Source of the DNA: Monocercomonoides exilis PA203
Lineage: Eukaryota > Protista > Preaxostyla
Direction of reading: 5' to 3'
DNA: 64,000 bases
Assembly (NCBI GenBank): GCA_001643675.2
Contig: LSRY02000003.1
Location: 1,612,001 to 1,676,000 of the forward strand
Translations under genes and position numbers: made by a program
Notes under the pieces: model-generated
Told to the model about the DNA's origin: nothing
The model's input: only the letters and a program-made list of their open reading frames with translations
Database searches by the model: none
In this document: positions 48,001-62,700 of the stretch, piece by piece
Numbering within the stretch: position 1 is the first letter of the stretch
How the letters are laid out: every line of letters starts with the position of its first letter

Positions 48001-50753
48001 CTTTTTCCTCATTCTTATCTTCGTCCATTTTCTGTTTTTTCGATTTTTGTAGTCGTCTCATAGAAGATCGTCGATTCCGGCTTCTCCTTTGATGCTCTTT
48101 CTTTTTCTCTTTGTTACAAGCATCCAGGAACGCACTCTGAGCCTTTAAAAGCAATTCCTCAAGAGAGGATTGAAGATTAAGTGAATTAGTGGAAGCAGAT
48201 GAATTGGCTACAAGAGGTGCAGAACTATTCAAAGAAGAGCGTGATGAAGACAATGGAATAACCTGATCGTTTGATGAATGATTGCATTTAGTACTGGAAA
48301 GTGGTTTTATCCACATATGAGGAAATTCAACTGTTGAAAAGTATGTGCACTTGGTACTTTGTGAAAGAGATGGAGTAAAAGAAAGAGAAGATGTATTTGA
48401 AGAACTCATTGATGATGAAGTCAGAGTTGAAGAAGGAGAAAACGATGAATTCGATGAGAAAGAAGAAGAAAGGAAAGACGAACCAAGCCGCGGAGATTGA
48501 ATAATCGATGAACAATTAGAGGAAGTCACAGAATTCTGAAACGTTGGAGATTGAACAGAAAATGAGGAGCTGGAATTCTTTGGAATAACACAACGAGAAA
48601 TTACAGGAGACGAATCTGACTTTGCCAGAAAACTTGCGAAAGAAGATGAATTGCAAATTCTGTTCTGTGCACAGTTTTCTTCTCCTTGCTCTTTTTCTAC
48701 TTCCTTTTTGCCTGTTGATTTATTTCGCTTGCTTTTTGTTATTAACATTTCCTTTTTCTCTTGCTCAGCTCTTTGCTCTTCAATAATTATGTTCATTCCC
48801 TTTGAAGCTGAGTTTACAAGTTTTGAATGCTCTTCATCCACAACCCACAAATTATTTAGCATCCGCCTCATCTTCTTCCTCCTTCTCACTCGATAGTTCA
48901 CCAACGGCTTTCTTGTTGTGAATGAAATCATTCCCAATGCAGCACAAGAAGAATCATCGGTCTCTTCAGATGAAAAAGTCGGAGTGCTTATCGATGAACT
49001 AGAATCTGTTTCGCTTTCTTGCTTGGCCGATAGTTGCGACAAAAGTGTTGCTGAAGGAGAGATAACTGAAAGCGAACTTTCATCGGAAAATGATACAACA
49101 GAATCTTTTGAAGGTTGTACAATATTTGAAACCGGAGAACTGATGTTGAAATTCAATTTTTCTGTATTTTCAGTCAACTTTAATTGTGATGCTTCACCTG
49201 AATTTTCATCAACAACTTTTTTATCGCCTTCTTGTTCGGCTTTCGTATTTGCTAATTTACTTTTCTCATCTTTATAAAATTTCAGCAAAATCTTTCTTTC
49301 GTTTTTCTGCTGTCTCCAAGCGCTTTTCTGCCTCCTTCTCTCTTTCCTCCACTCCCTTCTGCTTCTTTCTCTGTCCACCCATTTCTCTCCCACGCCAACC
49401 TCAATTCCGCTTGTCTGTGCTTTCCAGCGTATCTCCGAAGAAACACGTGAAATGTTCTGTCTGCGCTCTTTCACATATTCCACATCAAATCTTTTGTTTG
49501 TGAGCTTTGACGATATAAACAGAGGAAGCGATACAGGTGGAAGAGGTGGAAGAAGAGTTCTGGAATTCTGAGATAAAGATAGCAGAAGGAAAAACGGATT
49601 GGATGCGAATTGTGCTCGAGGAATAAAAGAAGAAGAAGAAGAAAGAGACAAAGATGACAATGAAGAAGAATATAAAGGATGAAGTTGCGATTGATCAAAA
49701 TCATGTGGAATGAATGCATTATTATTAATCCTGTTGCTCTTTCGTCTTTGCATTAATCTGACTCTTCTGTCTGTTCGACTGTTCATCAAGCACAATGAAG
49801 CACAATCGCCCTGACTGCATATGGCAAATGAATTCCTAAGAGCCAACCTTTGCTGTTCTTGTTCCATTGTCTTTCCAGTTCTTTCATTATTTTCATCATC
49901 TATTTCCATATAACTTGAATCATCATCCAAATCGATATCAGCACCGTCATCATCATTATCACTCTTATTTTTGTATGACAAATTCATTTCGCTCATCAGG
50001 CGCATCCACCACACAAGTGAATACGGATCAGAAAGAGACGAAGGAAAGCGTCTGTGAAGAGGTTGAAACATGTGCGGAACAAGCGGCAACTGTGAAGCCT
50101 TTGCAATTCGATTGAAGTCCCAAGGAGAAGAAGAGGTGGAAGACTGTGATAAATCAAGCAATGAATAAGAACAAGGAGACTTTGATGTCTCAGCCAACGA
50201 AGGTGATAAAGGCGAAGATGAATTAGTTTGAGAAGAGGGATGCATAAATGAATAACTTGAAGCCCCAAGCAGTCGAGAAATACGAAACTTTGGTGAAGAA
50301 AATGAAGTTTGACGGAAAATTGGGTGAACTTGTTGAATTTCAAATGAACATGAAGAAGTTTTGTCTATCTGTTCTTCATTCTTTTTCGTTTGAATTTTAT
50401 CTTTCATTTTTGAATCAGAATCAGACTCATTCTCTGAATCATGCCTTTTGCTGTTCTCTTTTTCATTGCGTTTTCTTTTTTCAATCTTTTCCTTCAGATT
50501 TTTGCTCAAAGAAAATTGAGTAAGTTCTATTTCTTTCCTTTTCAGCTTTTCCATCAAAACAGTTCTGGCAACTGCTTCCTTTTGCCTCATTTGTCTGAAA
50601 TACGTTGGATTCTTCTGCTTTAATTCTGCCCTCCGCTGCTTCATAGCTGTTGACACAACAAACATCAGCTCATTTTCTTCTTCGCGAAGAAAAGACATTC
50701 CGTCTGCTTCTTCAAAACGGCGGCTTCGAAGTAATTTTGGATAATTGTTTGAA

Positions 50754-50784
<31 letters not shown>

Positions 50785-53700
50785 AAGAAGAAGAAGAAGA
50801 AGAAGAAGAAGAAGAAGAAGAAGAAGAAGAAGAAGAAGAAGAAGATGATGATGATGATGATGATGGGGCGAGAGAATCCAAATGTGGCAGAGTTGAAGTT
50901 ATCGCAGAGTCATTTTCTTGTCTCAGTCTTCTTTCTCTTCTCCACAACGCACGAGCACATCCAATCCTCTTCGGGAGCACTTCTTTTCTCTTCATCTTTT
51001 CTGTCGTGTCTGCCATCTCCACATTCTCATTTGCCATCGACGGAGCAGTCAGTGCTCGTGTAACAACACCACTATCACACAAAGATGGGTGTGTTTGTGT
51101 CTCCACTCCCTGAAGAAGGAAGCGTAGAGCGGGGTCTTCGAGCGAAGGAGCAGACAGATCTCCGCATAGAATGATTGGATGGATGCGCTGGGCAATCGGC
51201 TGTGTGGAGGCAGAGTTGAGTACACGAGCGCCTTGTATCTTTTGAGGAAATTGTCTCTCTGTCTCGTTTATTGTCACTTCTCTGTTGATACCCCGTGTGA
51301 GCTGCATAAGCTGCATGAGGCGAATGGAGCTGGCTGCTGAAGGAGAGATTGAAGAAGGAGAAAACGAAGAGGATGTTGACGAATATGGCTGTTGCTGTGT
51401 TTGAGAAACAGATTGGTTTGGCAGGTCAAACAAAAGAGCATTTACAACGAATATCTTTTTTGAGGAGACGAAATGTCGTGTTGATGAAACAGCCTGCGAT
51501 TGTTGAGAAAGAATTACTGTTTGTGTCCGAGTGAGTGGAAGACGCCTTCTGAACATCACACGAGACGATGAAGAGGAAGAGTGAATTGGGCAAATATACT
51601 TTTGATGATGTCTGCCTGTTGAATCTTTGTGATGATGATGATGACGATGGTGATGGCGATGATGATGACGTCTTTGAATATCATCATGAGGAAAGTGTAA
51701 AGGCGAAGATTGCATTTCTACCAATTGACCATCTTCTTCTTTTTTCGTTTCATAGTCTTGTCTATCTTCTTTTGTTCTCTCTGTTAATTCATCACTTTCT
51801 TTCTCCTTCTCTTCTTCCTCCTCTTCATCAACACTGTAACTTTCAGACTCAAACCCTTCCTCGTTCTCCTTTGCAGCAGCCTCTCTCATCTCATTCCACG
51901 CATCCTGGTCTGCATCTTCATACACAAGCCACTCTTTTATCAGTTCACCCAGCCACATTTCTCTTCGCAGGCGCTGCGGTTTCGGTGACAGCATTGAAGC
52001 AGCTTTCTTTTTCTTTGCGACAGCTTGCTGTTGAGAGGGAACAGGATACACAGGAAACGAATGCCTTGAACTGGAACGCGGAAGCAACGCATCTGAAATC
52101 AATGGCCTCTTTTGAACAACAGCAGATTCATTCACATTTTCAATAGGAAGATTTCCTGTTTGCTCTTTTGGTGAAACCTCTTTTCTGTTTGTTTCTGTCT
52201 TTTGTGCTTGTTCTTTCACCTGGTTGACTGCATCCAAAGGATCAAAGGCGATTTGAACAGACGAAGAAAGGTGCAATTTGTTTGGAGTCGAAGGACTTTT
52301 CCCTCCTTCCAGGGCAAGCGGTCGAATAGCAGGAGGAGTAGAAGCAGAAGAAGCAGAGGTTAAAACAGGAGATGAAGACGAGGATGATGACGAAGAAGAC
52401 GAAGAAGAAGAAGTTTGCTGAGTTGCGGATTTTTCATTTTCCTTCGTTCGAATAGGAATGGACTGAGGTTGAATAGCGGGAGAAGAAGCACCCGAACTTG
52501 GTGAAGAGGTTGAAAGAGCTGGTGATTCTGAGTCGATTTTGTGATCCTTTTTGAGATGAGCATCCAAAGTCTTCAGGGCCAACAGAAGAAACTGAGTTCT
52601 TTCTTCTGTTGTGAGAAACGAAGATGGATGAAGCGAAGAGACAAAACTTGAGGGAGAGTGGAATAAAAGAGAATGAGATGAAGATAACAATGGTGAAAGT
52701 GAAGACGAAGAAGTTACCGCATGCAGTGAAAGTGGAGAAAGTGAGCCAGGAGAAGCAGGATTAGAAGTAGATTGATTAACAGCTTGAGAAAAGAGGGAAG
52801 GAGATAAAGATGTTCTGAAAGAAGGAGAAGATTGCTGCTGGGCGTTCATAAACAAGGACGAATTGACAAGTGATGAAGTACAGTAAGAAATAGGATGAAG
52901 AGAAAAATTTATATTTGCAGAAAAATCAGCAGCTGAATTAAAAGGCGCAACCAAATTGAGTGCAGAATATTTCTTCATCAAAGCCATCGCAGTTGAATTC
53001 TGCGACGTGAAGAAAGATGCCAACTTTGAGAACGAAAGCGAAGAAAATAGCTTCGACAGCGCATCTCTTCTTCCAGGCACGCTGCTCTGATTGAATGTTC
53101 TGATCCCTTTCTCCTTCTGAAACAGCAGCGGTGATCCTTTCCCTGCTCCTTTCCTTCCCTTTCTGTGTGTAGCTTCTGCTTCCTCTTTGTACGGCCACCA
53201 TCCCCTCCACTTCATCCCCCTTCCTCTTCTCAACTCTGCCCGGCTCTGCCTCAGCCCACTCTTCAGCGCACTCATCAGATCCAACCGCGTTCTTGTCTGC
53301 CTCGCGTCGACTGCTGCATACACAGGCACTTTTCGCATCTTCCACACAAATTGCCCATTTTCCTCGCTTTTGATGCGAACATAACGGCAGGGCACATCCA
53401 GTTCATCGCTCAAATCTTCCAGGTCAGAATTCGCTAAATCATTCAGCATGCAGTCCAATTTCCGCTCTCTTGTCAAAATTGGCGTTTGACTTTCTTTCGC
53501 CTCTTGCTGCGCCTCGCTTGCCATTTTGTTCTCCTTCTGGTTGGTTGGCGTGCCTGTCTCAAGGTGTGGTTGTAGTATTCCTTGGATGCTGCTAAACAGA
53601 TTCTTGTCTTTTTCTTCAATCTTCTTCGCCATTTTCTCCATTTTTCTGCGCTCCCGCTCTTCTTTCTTCTTCCGCCTCTTCTCTTTCTCTTCTTTCTCCT

Positions 53701-56700
53701 TCTTCTTCTTCTGTATCTCCTGCAGTTTCATCAGCCGAAGCAGTTTTTCTCTCTGATCATCTGATTCCAATGAATTAAACGTGATTTTCGCCTCTTCATC
53801 GTCCACTTTCCCTTTCTCATTCTGAAACTCATCTTGCATCACTCTTGTCACTTCTTTGTTCAAATCTTTCATCCCCATCACACCCAACGTCGCCCCTCCT
53901 CCTCCTCCAATTCCTCCTCCTCCAACAGCAGGTGACAGCGGAGTTGTAGGTGCACCAACAGCCCCTCTCCCCATCTCCATCTCTTGGCTGTACACAATCA
54001 ACGCCCTCCCTCCGACTCCTCTCCATCCGCCGTCCATTCGCTTTCCTCTCGTAAAGTGTATCGTTCCAAAGGCGCCTCTTCCTGAAGTATATTGCTTAGG
54101 CTGTGGAGAATGTGATGGTTTTGGAGAGGTATTTGCTGTTGTGTTCTGTTGCTGCTGTTTTTGTTGTGATTGCGATGAAAGTGGCTCTGGTTTTGGCTCA
54201 TCATTGTAAGTTTCGACTTTTTTGCCGTTTTGAATTGATTCTTTCGAGTTTGCATTCTTTTCTGCTTCTGTTTGATAGTCTTTCTTTTGAAGTCTTTCAA
54301 CATTTTCATGAGCTTCATTGTTTTCATTTCCTTTCTTTTTCATCCAAGCACTTTGTTTTGTTTCAGTATCATTTGCATCATCATCATATGCTCCTTCCTT
54401 TTCACTCACATCGCTCTCCAAACTATCAGTTGATTCGTCATCTGACAAAATCCCCCCCACATTCACCACATTCTCATAGCTCATCAGCTTCAGAATACTC
54501 TCGTCGTCTGCGTTTTCCTCTTCATACAGCCAGCCATCCCCTGAGCTTATGCCCCACCAATCGTCGTCGTCAAACTCTTCTTCTCTTCTTCGGAACGCTG
54601 TCAGAATCTCCCGCAGCTTTTTCTCTCGAACGTCGTCTTCTTCGTCTTCGTCTATTCCCGTCAAGTTGCAAACTTTTGCTTTCTTCTTATTCTTCTGATT
54701 TTTATTTTTGGATTTTGATAAATGTTTTATTTTCTTTCCTTTTGAAACAACTGATTTGGGATTATTCATTGAATCCTCCAAAATCACTTCTTCGTTTTCA
54801 TCGTTGTTTGAATCATCATCATCTTCTTCTTCTTCTTCTTTCGTGTTATCTTCATCTCCTTCAACTTCTTCCTTGTTTCCATTTCCATTTCCAGAATTCG
54901 TTGCTTCTTTCTCTTCTTTCCCGTCTTTGTAACCATCTCCCTCACTTTTTGCATCATTCCCACTCATTCCTGGTCTTTTTATAGATTCATCAATCGGAGT
55001 TGGATAAAGTAGCAGGTTTGGTCTGACCATCAAAAGCACCTCATTCACAACAGAATCTCGTTGAAGCTCAAGCGCCTGGTAATACCTTCGCATCAGCCTC
55101 TGTTTCTCTCTCTGTTTGTGTCTCTTCTCTCTTCGCTCTTCTTCATCACTGATGATGGAGCTGTCGGAAAGGCATTCACTTTCTTCATTATTCTTGGTTT
55201 CCTTCAAAGAATCTCTTCTAATCAACGATAAACTCTCGTTTTCTTCTGCTTTCACTTTATTATCATTTTCTTCATCATTGTTATTTTCATCATTTTCAGG
55301 TTTCAATGCCTTCCTCATCTTTATCAGTTCTCTTATTCTTCTTTCCTCTCTTCTCTCGTTCCTTGCTTCTCTCTCTCTTTCCTTCGCTCTCTCTCTTTCT
55401 CTCTTCCTCTTCTCCAGATTCTCTGCATACCGCTCCACCATCCGAAACTCTGCAAACAGCGGCAGTGCTTCAAATACATCGGGAGGGAGAACAAAATATT
55501 GTCTTTTCCTTCTTCTTCCGAACAGCTGCCTCATCCTCCTCATCTGCTGCTCTTCGCTTGTCAGAAATCTGTTTCTAGAAGAGCGAAGCAACGAGGAAGA
55601 AGAAGAAGAGGAGGAAGAAGAGGAAGAGGAAGAAGAACGTGAAGCGCCTGAAGCAGCAGCCACTTGCGCACAGCGGTTGAGGTAGCGTCGGCGGAGGAGA
55701 GGATGCATCGCTCTTATGCGGCGAGCCATAGCAATTTCAGAACGATGAGGTGGTTTTGGATGGAGAGAGAGGTCAGTTACTGCCGGAGAAGATGAAGATG
55801 AGGAAGATGAAGACGAAGGAGAGGGTGAAGGAGATGATTGAGGAAGAGAAAGAAAAGATTCATTGGGCAATGAAGAAGGAGATGTGCCTGTTCCTGTGCC
55901 AATACCCGCAATTGAATGTGTCAAAAAGGTTTGTGTTGAATTTTGATTGCTTTTTCTCTGTCTTTGTCTTCGAGGCACATAAGATGGATTCTGAAGAGTT
56001 GCTTCTTGTGGCGGAAGGATCACAGGAAGAGGCAGACGCGGCGCATGTTTTCTTTTGAAGTCTTCGATGATTTCGTCGATTTCTGCTTTTTCGGCTCTTT
56101 CTTGTGAAGAATTCACTTCTGACTGTTCGGATGAAGAGGAAGATGAAGATGAATCGTTTTCTATTTTTTCTTTCTTGTAGAATTTGACTGCTGCTGTTTT
56201 TGATGACGATGTAGAAGAAGAAGAAGAAGAAGAAGAAGAAGAACATGATGAAGAACATGAAGTACAAGAGTATTCACCACAAGTTGAACAAGCAGATTCT
56301 GTTTCAGTTGTACCTTCTTTGCTATCGTCTCCATTTTCATTCGTTTCTTCTCTTTCTTCTCTCATATTCTTCTTCTCAGAAGAACACTGACGATGATGAT
56401 GATGATGATTTCTGCATTGATGTCGATGATTATGCTTATTTCCATGAATATGTCTATGTTTGTGTCTGTTCTGTTTCATCTGTCTGTATCTGCCACACAA
56501 ACATTCACCCACCGGAAACACGTCTTCTTCTGTCAAATCGTCTGTCATCGGAACAATCTGCAGCCAAATGCCAAATGCTCGTGTGTTTGCTGATTGGAGC
56601 TGAGAAGTGGTGGATGCTATGGATTGATGCAAGAGTAGCTTCAGAACAGAATTTGGAGAAGAAGAAGAAGAAGAAGAATCGAAAGAAGAGGAAGAAGAAG

Positions 56701-59700
56701 AGGAGCTTGAAAGGGATTCTGAATTGGAAGAGAAAGAAGAAGAAGGAATAATTGAAGAGTTTGATTCATTTTGAAGGTATTTTTCGACTTCTGTTTTTGT
56801 TTTCAGCAGTTCAAGCGCTCGTGTAAGTTGTCGACACACGGGAAATAAAGAGCTTTTATATGAACAAGGTGAGTACATCACAAATGCTTGCAGTTTATTC
56901 AGCACTTTCATTGAACAAGTTTTGATCAAGTTCGAAATATTTCCTTCGGATTTACAAACAGAAAGGTTCTCAAATATGTTTGTATTTCTCACAAATCTCG
57001 GCAGGTTCGCCATTGACTCGACAAACGCTGATTTGGCATTAAACGAATAGCAAGCTTGAGCCAACCTCACTAGCTTCTGAATGGATGCTCCTCTTTCACA
57101 CAGCCAGAGTGGATCTCCAAAGCCCTCTCTAATAGCTCCAGCCACAAAGTCCCTTCTGATCGCATCTGACTGAAAAACGGACAATTCTCTGCTCGAAATG
57201 AGGCTGTTTGCAAGCGAGCCGAATCTTCTTCGCAGAATGCAATCGCCGTTGTTCAGCACTTGCTCAAAGAGGAAATCGTCAATGAGATTGGTTGCATAGC
57301 CAGGAAAGCCAAATGTGTTGATGGTGTTTGTGGATGAGTAGTTTTCGAGTGTCAATGGATTGACTCCACATTCATCAACTGCCTCGTCTGTGTCAAGATG
57401 CTCCACCCAATCGCCTAACAGTCTAAAACCAGGAAATTTCTCTCGTTTCTCTTTCTCTTTTCCTTTCCCTCTTTCTCTCTCTTTCAGTTTCTCCTTCCAC
57501 TTCTCCTTCTCTCTCTCCCTCATCGCTGTTATTCCTGTTATTCCTCTCACAGCATTTCCTCTTTTTCCCTTTCCATCTTTCCCATCATTCCCATTCTCAT
57601 ACATTCCAGTGAAAATTGCCAGCATCCTCTGCTCTTTGTTCGACATCTGTTTGTTTCTCTGCCCCCATCTCAGTCTGTTCTGTCTCAATTGAAGTTTTCT
57701 TGTGCGAATGTTAGAAAATTCGTTGTCTTCGTCAAAGAGAGGCGGAGGAGGAGGAGGAAAATCGGGTGAAGATGAATGAGAAAGAAGCTGTTGAGTGAGA
57801 AAAGAATGAGGAAGGGAAGGGAAGTGAGAAAGAGAAGCGAGAGAAGGGAAAGAAGGAGAAAGGGAAGAAAGGGAAGAGGTTAAAGAAGAGGTGGAGATGG
57901 AAGGAGTTGATAGAGAAAGAATAACAGAAGAGAAAGAAGAAGGTTTGAGGGATGTTTTGAAGTTATGTTGTGGCTGTTGATTAAGATGTTGATGATGATG
58001 ATGACGAGAATGAGAACGTGAAGAAGAAGAAGAAGAATATGATGTATTTAATGTGTAAATGTCTGTTGGATAAAGATGATGAACAGAGGCAGAAGAAGGC
58101 GAAAAGAGTTGAGTGGCGAAATGGAAATGGAAAGAAGAGGAAAGCGGAGAAAGAGGAGAATATTGAAGAGCCAATGAAGAAGGAACAAGGGAAGATCTGT
58201 TGGTTGAGAGGAGACGGTGAATGAAAGGGGAATTGAATAAAAGAGAAGGACATGAAGGAGGAAGGGGATGCGATGGGGAATGAGGAAGAGGAAGAGGAAA
58301 AGAAGGAAAGGAAGAAGAGGAAGAAGAAGAAGGAAAGGAAGAAGAAGAAAAGAAAGAGTTAAAGAGGAAGAATTGTTTGTGAGATGGAATGGTGCTGATG
58401 ACGTGATGTGGTACAGACAATTGAAGTAATGGACGTGAAGGAGAAGACGAAGACGAAGAAGAAGAAGAGAAATTTGACGAAAATGAAGAAGAAGCAGAAG
58501 AAAAAGAAGAAGAAGAAGAAGGTTTCTTCTGATCTGAAGGCAAACCAGAAATAAATGAAGACTTGGATTTTGTGTCTGAAGTGAATGAAGATGTGATTTT
58601 TGACTTTTTTGAACTTAAAATTGAAGGCGATGATGAAGAAGAAGAAGATGTTAAAGAAGAAGATGAAGATGAAGAAGAAGAAGATGATGATGAAATTTGT
58701 GTTGGTAACAAATTCTTACCAGAAGAATTTTTATTAATATTATTATTATTCTTATTTGTCAACAATTTTTCATTTTTCTCTATTTTTTGAATGTTTTTCT
58801 TTTCCTTTGTTGCATTTCCATCATCATCATCATCTCCATCAAGTTTTGAGTGTTCTGGAAAAAGATCGAAAATGACTGGATTTGCAGCCAATTCGACGCG
58901 ATTTCTGCGGAAAAAGATGCAATTTCCAGTTTTTCTATACGCAAAATCAGGAGAAGATGAAAAAAGAGAAGAAGAAGAAGAAGAAGAAGAAGAAGAAGAA
59001 GAAGAAGAAGAAGAAGAATTATATAATGAAGAAGAAGATAATGATGATGGAGCAAAAGAAGAATAACGAGGGGTTTCTTTAATAAGAGGAAAAGGATGAG
59101 TGTTAGGGAAGAACAGAGGAGGAGGAAAAGAAGAAGAAGAGGAAGAACAAGAAGTTTGACGAGGATATAAAATAGTTGTGGAAACAGCTCCAAAAAGAGA
59201 GGAAGAAGAGGAAGAGGAAGAGGAAGAAGAAGAAGAAGAAGAAACAGATTTCAGATGAGAAGGATGGGTTGAAGAAGAAGAAGATGATGATGATGATGAT
59301 GAAGATAATGAAGAAGAAGAGGAAGAAGATGGAATTAAAGAAGAATTCAAAGGAGTTGGCATAATAGCAGAAGATGATTGTGATCGAGGACTAGTTAATG
59401 TTGATGACGAATTGTTCATTTGAGAAGAACATTCAACTTTATTTTTTGGCGTTTTGCTGTTTTTTCTCTTATCTTCGCTTGTTTTGCTTGTTTTGCTTCG
59501 AAGTCTCCAAAAAAGGTTTTTCTTCTCTTTTTCTTCCACTTCTTGTTTCTTCTTTACTCCTTTTCCTCTTTCTTCTCTTTCTTTTCCTTCTCTTTCTCCT
59601 TTTTCATCAAAATCTTCACTGTAATTTTCTTCTTCTTCTTCTTCTTCATTCAATTTCGTGTCTTCGTTGAAGAAGTCGTTCATTTCTCTGTTTGTGTTCA

Positions 59701-62700
59701 TTTTAATCAGTCTTTCAATTGTCTTCTTTGTATCTTCACTCATTTCATAGCTCATTTCATCAAATGGATCATCTTCAGCTATTTCTTCTTCGTCTTCTCC
59801 TTCTCCTTCTTCTTTTTCATCTTCTCTTTCAACTTTTATTTCTTCTTCTTCCTCCTCTCCTTCACAAACATCATTTTCTTCTTCTTCTTTTTCATTATCG
59901 CGTTCACTTCTAATTCCATTTCTGTATTCAACATTGTTTTTATATTCATTCTTCTTCTCTCCCCCCTTCTCTTTCTCTTTCTCTCCCCCCTTCTTTTTCC
60001 CTCTTTCCGGCTGCTTCAACAGCACAAACACGCCATCGTATTCGCAAAAGAGTGTCCGAGCAAGCGTCTTCACAGCAGCCGCTGGAATGCACTGCAAACA
60101 CACAACATCTGGCAATCGAGATAGAATTATCGATGATAACAGTGCCACACGAAGAGAATACGGAGGCGTTTTGATGGGAAAGGGAGAAGGAAAGGGAGAA
60201 GAAAAGGAAGAGAGAGAAGAAGAAGTAGAAGAAGAAGGATAATAAAATGATAAGTTGTTTTGTGTTTGTGGAAGGTTTTCTGATTGAATGGAACTGTTTC
60301 GAGAGAGAAAAAAAGAAGAAAGTGTTTCGTAGGAAAGAGGAGCATTGAAAGTTTTGGTGAAAGAAGAGGAAAATAATTGAGTGTTTTGAGGAGAAAATTG
60401 AGAGGAAGATAAAGAAGAGGATGAAGGCGAGGAAATGATTGAAGCAGAACGAGAAGGAGAAGAAGAAGAAGACGAAGACGAAGACGAAGAAGAAGGAGGA
60501 GGAGAAGAAGAAGCAGGTGAAGGAGTCGAAAATGAAGGCGAAGATGGAGAAGAACGAGGAGAAGATGGACTTTGCGAGCGAATGACTCGAATTGCAGTGT
60601 TTGGCGCGTGTGCAGCTGAAGCAACAGGCGAAGATGAACCAGAGCCGACGCCTTGCCAGTCGTTTATAGACTTTCTGTGTTTGTTCTTGTTCACAAAATC
60701 AGCAGGAGTTAGTTTTTTCTCTCTTTGTGTCAGCATTTGAGGAGCCCAAAGAGGAGGAGGAGGAGGCTGAGAAGCAGCGGGCGGAATCTCGCAGTTCCAG
60801 GACATGACCGAAAAGTGGTCTGAAACGTGGAGCGGGTAGTCAGCATCGAGCGGAACAACTTTGTCTTCCACGAGGAAGAAAGGATGGCGCATGTGTGTCT
60901 GCTTGTTATTCCCATGTGTGTGAATGTGAGAGTGGATGTGAGTGTTAGTGTGATTGAAATCACTGTGCTGCTCTTCTGCTGTTGATGCTGACGACAAATG
61001 AGAAGGATTCTGATGGATGTGAGTGTGTTTGTGTGGCACAGACAAATAAGCAGACTGTTTTGAGAGGTTTGAGTGCTCGTAGATATTCGAGTCTGACTGC
61101 GTTCTTGTCTTTTTGTGGCTGAGCTGCATTTCTGTGGCTGTTGGAGGAAAGCTTGTGGTTGACTGCGACTGAGAAAGAGGAGAAGCACTTTGTGTGTGCA
61201 AGCGATGATTGGAAGGGGAAAAAGAAAGAGAATGCGGATGAAGATGGTTATGAAGAGGTGAATGGATGGACTTGTCGTTCAAAGGCATTGAAGAAGCAAC
61301 ATTGTTCGGAGAAGACAGCAAATGCGCTCTTTCATCTTGCGCAACAGACAGATTGCCTGTCGACTTGAGTGTATTCTGCTCTTCCACACCGCCTTCTCTG
61401 GAGCAAGGCACGTTGCAGAGAACGTGGTGGTGCGTGTGCCGGGGGTAGTATGACGAGAGAGGGGCTGTGTATGCCAGAAAGGACGACAGATGCTGCGCCT
61501 GCGGGAATTGCAGCAGCGAGGCGTCTGTGTGGATGGACAGCTTGTTCATGTGGCTTGTGCCTGTTGTTGAGAAGTTGCTTGATGAATTGGAAGAAGAATT
61601 TGAAGAAGGGGAAGAAGAAGAAGAAGTAATGAAAGAAGAAGTGTCATTGCTGCTCTGCGTTGGCAAAGGGAGCATTTCATCTACATCTTTTTCGAATCCC
61701 ATCTGCTTTATTTTCTCTCGCATTCGCAGAATCTTTCTCAGCTCCTGTTTTTGCTGCCTTTCTATTTCTTTCTGTTCCAGTTCTTTTATTCTTGCCCTTT
61801 TGCGCTCTTCTTCTGCTCGCTCTTCTTCTTTTGCTTTTGTAACGAGGCGAAAAAGCTCAGGCGGAAGCAGTGCACCGAGCCAGCCTTCTTCCAATGACAG
61901 TATCACACCACTGCTTTCACCGCGATACAGCAGAGGACCATGGTCTATAAACAATGACGGAAACAACTCCTCCGAACTTGTTTCATTCGGCACAGCGTGT
62001 TCAGCATTCTTTTTGCGCCTTAAAAAATGTATAAGGGAGTTTGACTTTTTCAGTGAATTGTTTCTTGCTTCTGAATGTATCTCACGTCTTTTTGCTTTGA
62101 GTAATGATTTTCCTGGATTTTCCTGAATTTCTTCGAGTGTCTGCTTTGAAAATATCAGCATTCCAATTGACGGATACCTTTCGATTTTCATATCCACATG
62201 TGGAGGAGAAGGAACATAATCCTCAAAAAAGATAAAAAAGACGATGAATTGATTTTCGTCAGAACAATATACAGTCAGCACAACTTCGAGAAAAAATAAT
62301 CAATGGCATCGCAAACTTGACTATCCAAAATTAATCTATCAAAATGATCCAGTTCATTTTTTGAAAGGTTCTTACGAAAAATGGCTTTTTCTTCTGAAAA
62401 ATAAAGTCTGTTTTGTTTTGCGAGCAACTCTTCGTCAACTCTTGGCAGATCTTGAATAAAATATATCTGCTGGTAAATTTCTATTCCTAATTTGGCTCCA
62501 ACGTCATTTCGAGTTGGAGTATAACAACTAGTAATATAAAAACATAATAACATTAAAGAACAAATGTTAAAACCTTCCTTGAGAAATGCGAATCCAGTCC
62601 TCGTTATATCGCTTAACGCTCCAAACAATGAATAAATTAGATGAAACAGAAAACCTTTCTAGTGGTTTTGGGATTGATATTTCAACACCTTCAATTGGAT

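Noticed and set aside
1523-62126. Numerous overlapping ORFs rich in Phe/Leu/Lys/Pro/His (e.g. 1523-2452, 6306-6654, 11573-12187, 17528-18448, 59420-60124)
   Set aside because: These are shadow frames of trinucleotide low-complexity sequence or the antisense of real coding regions.
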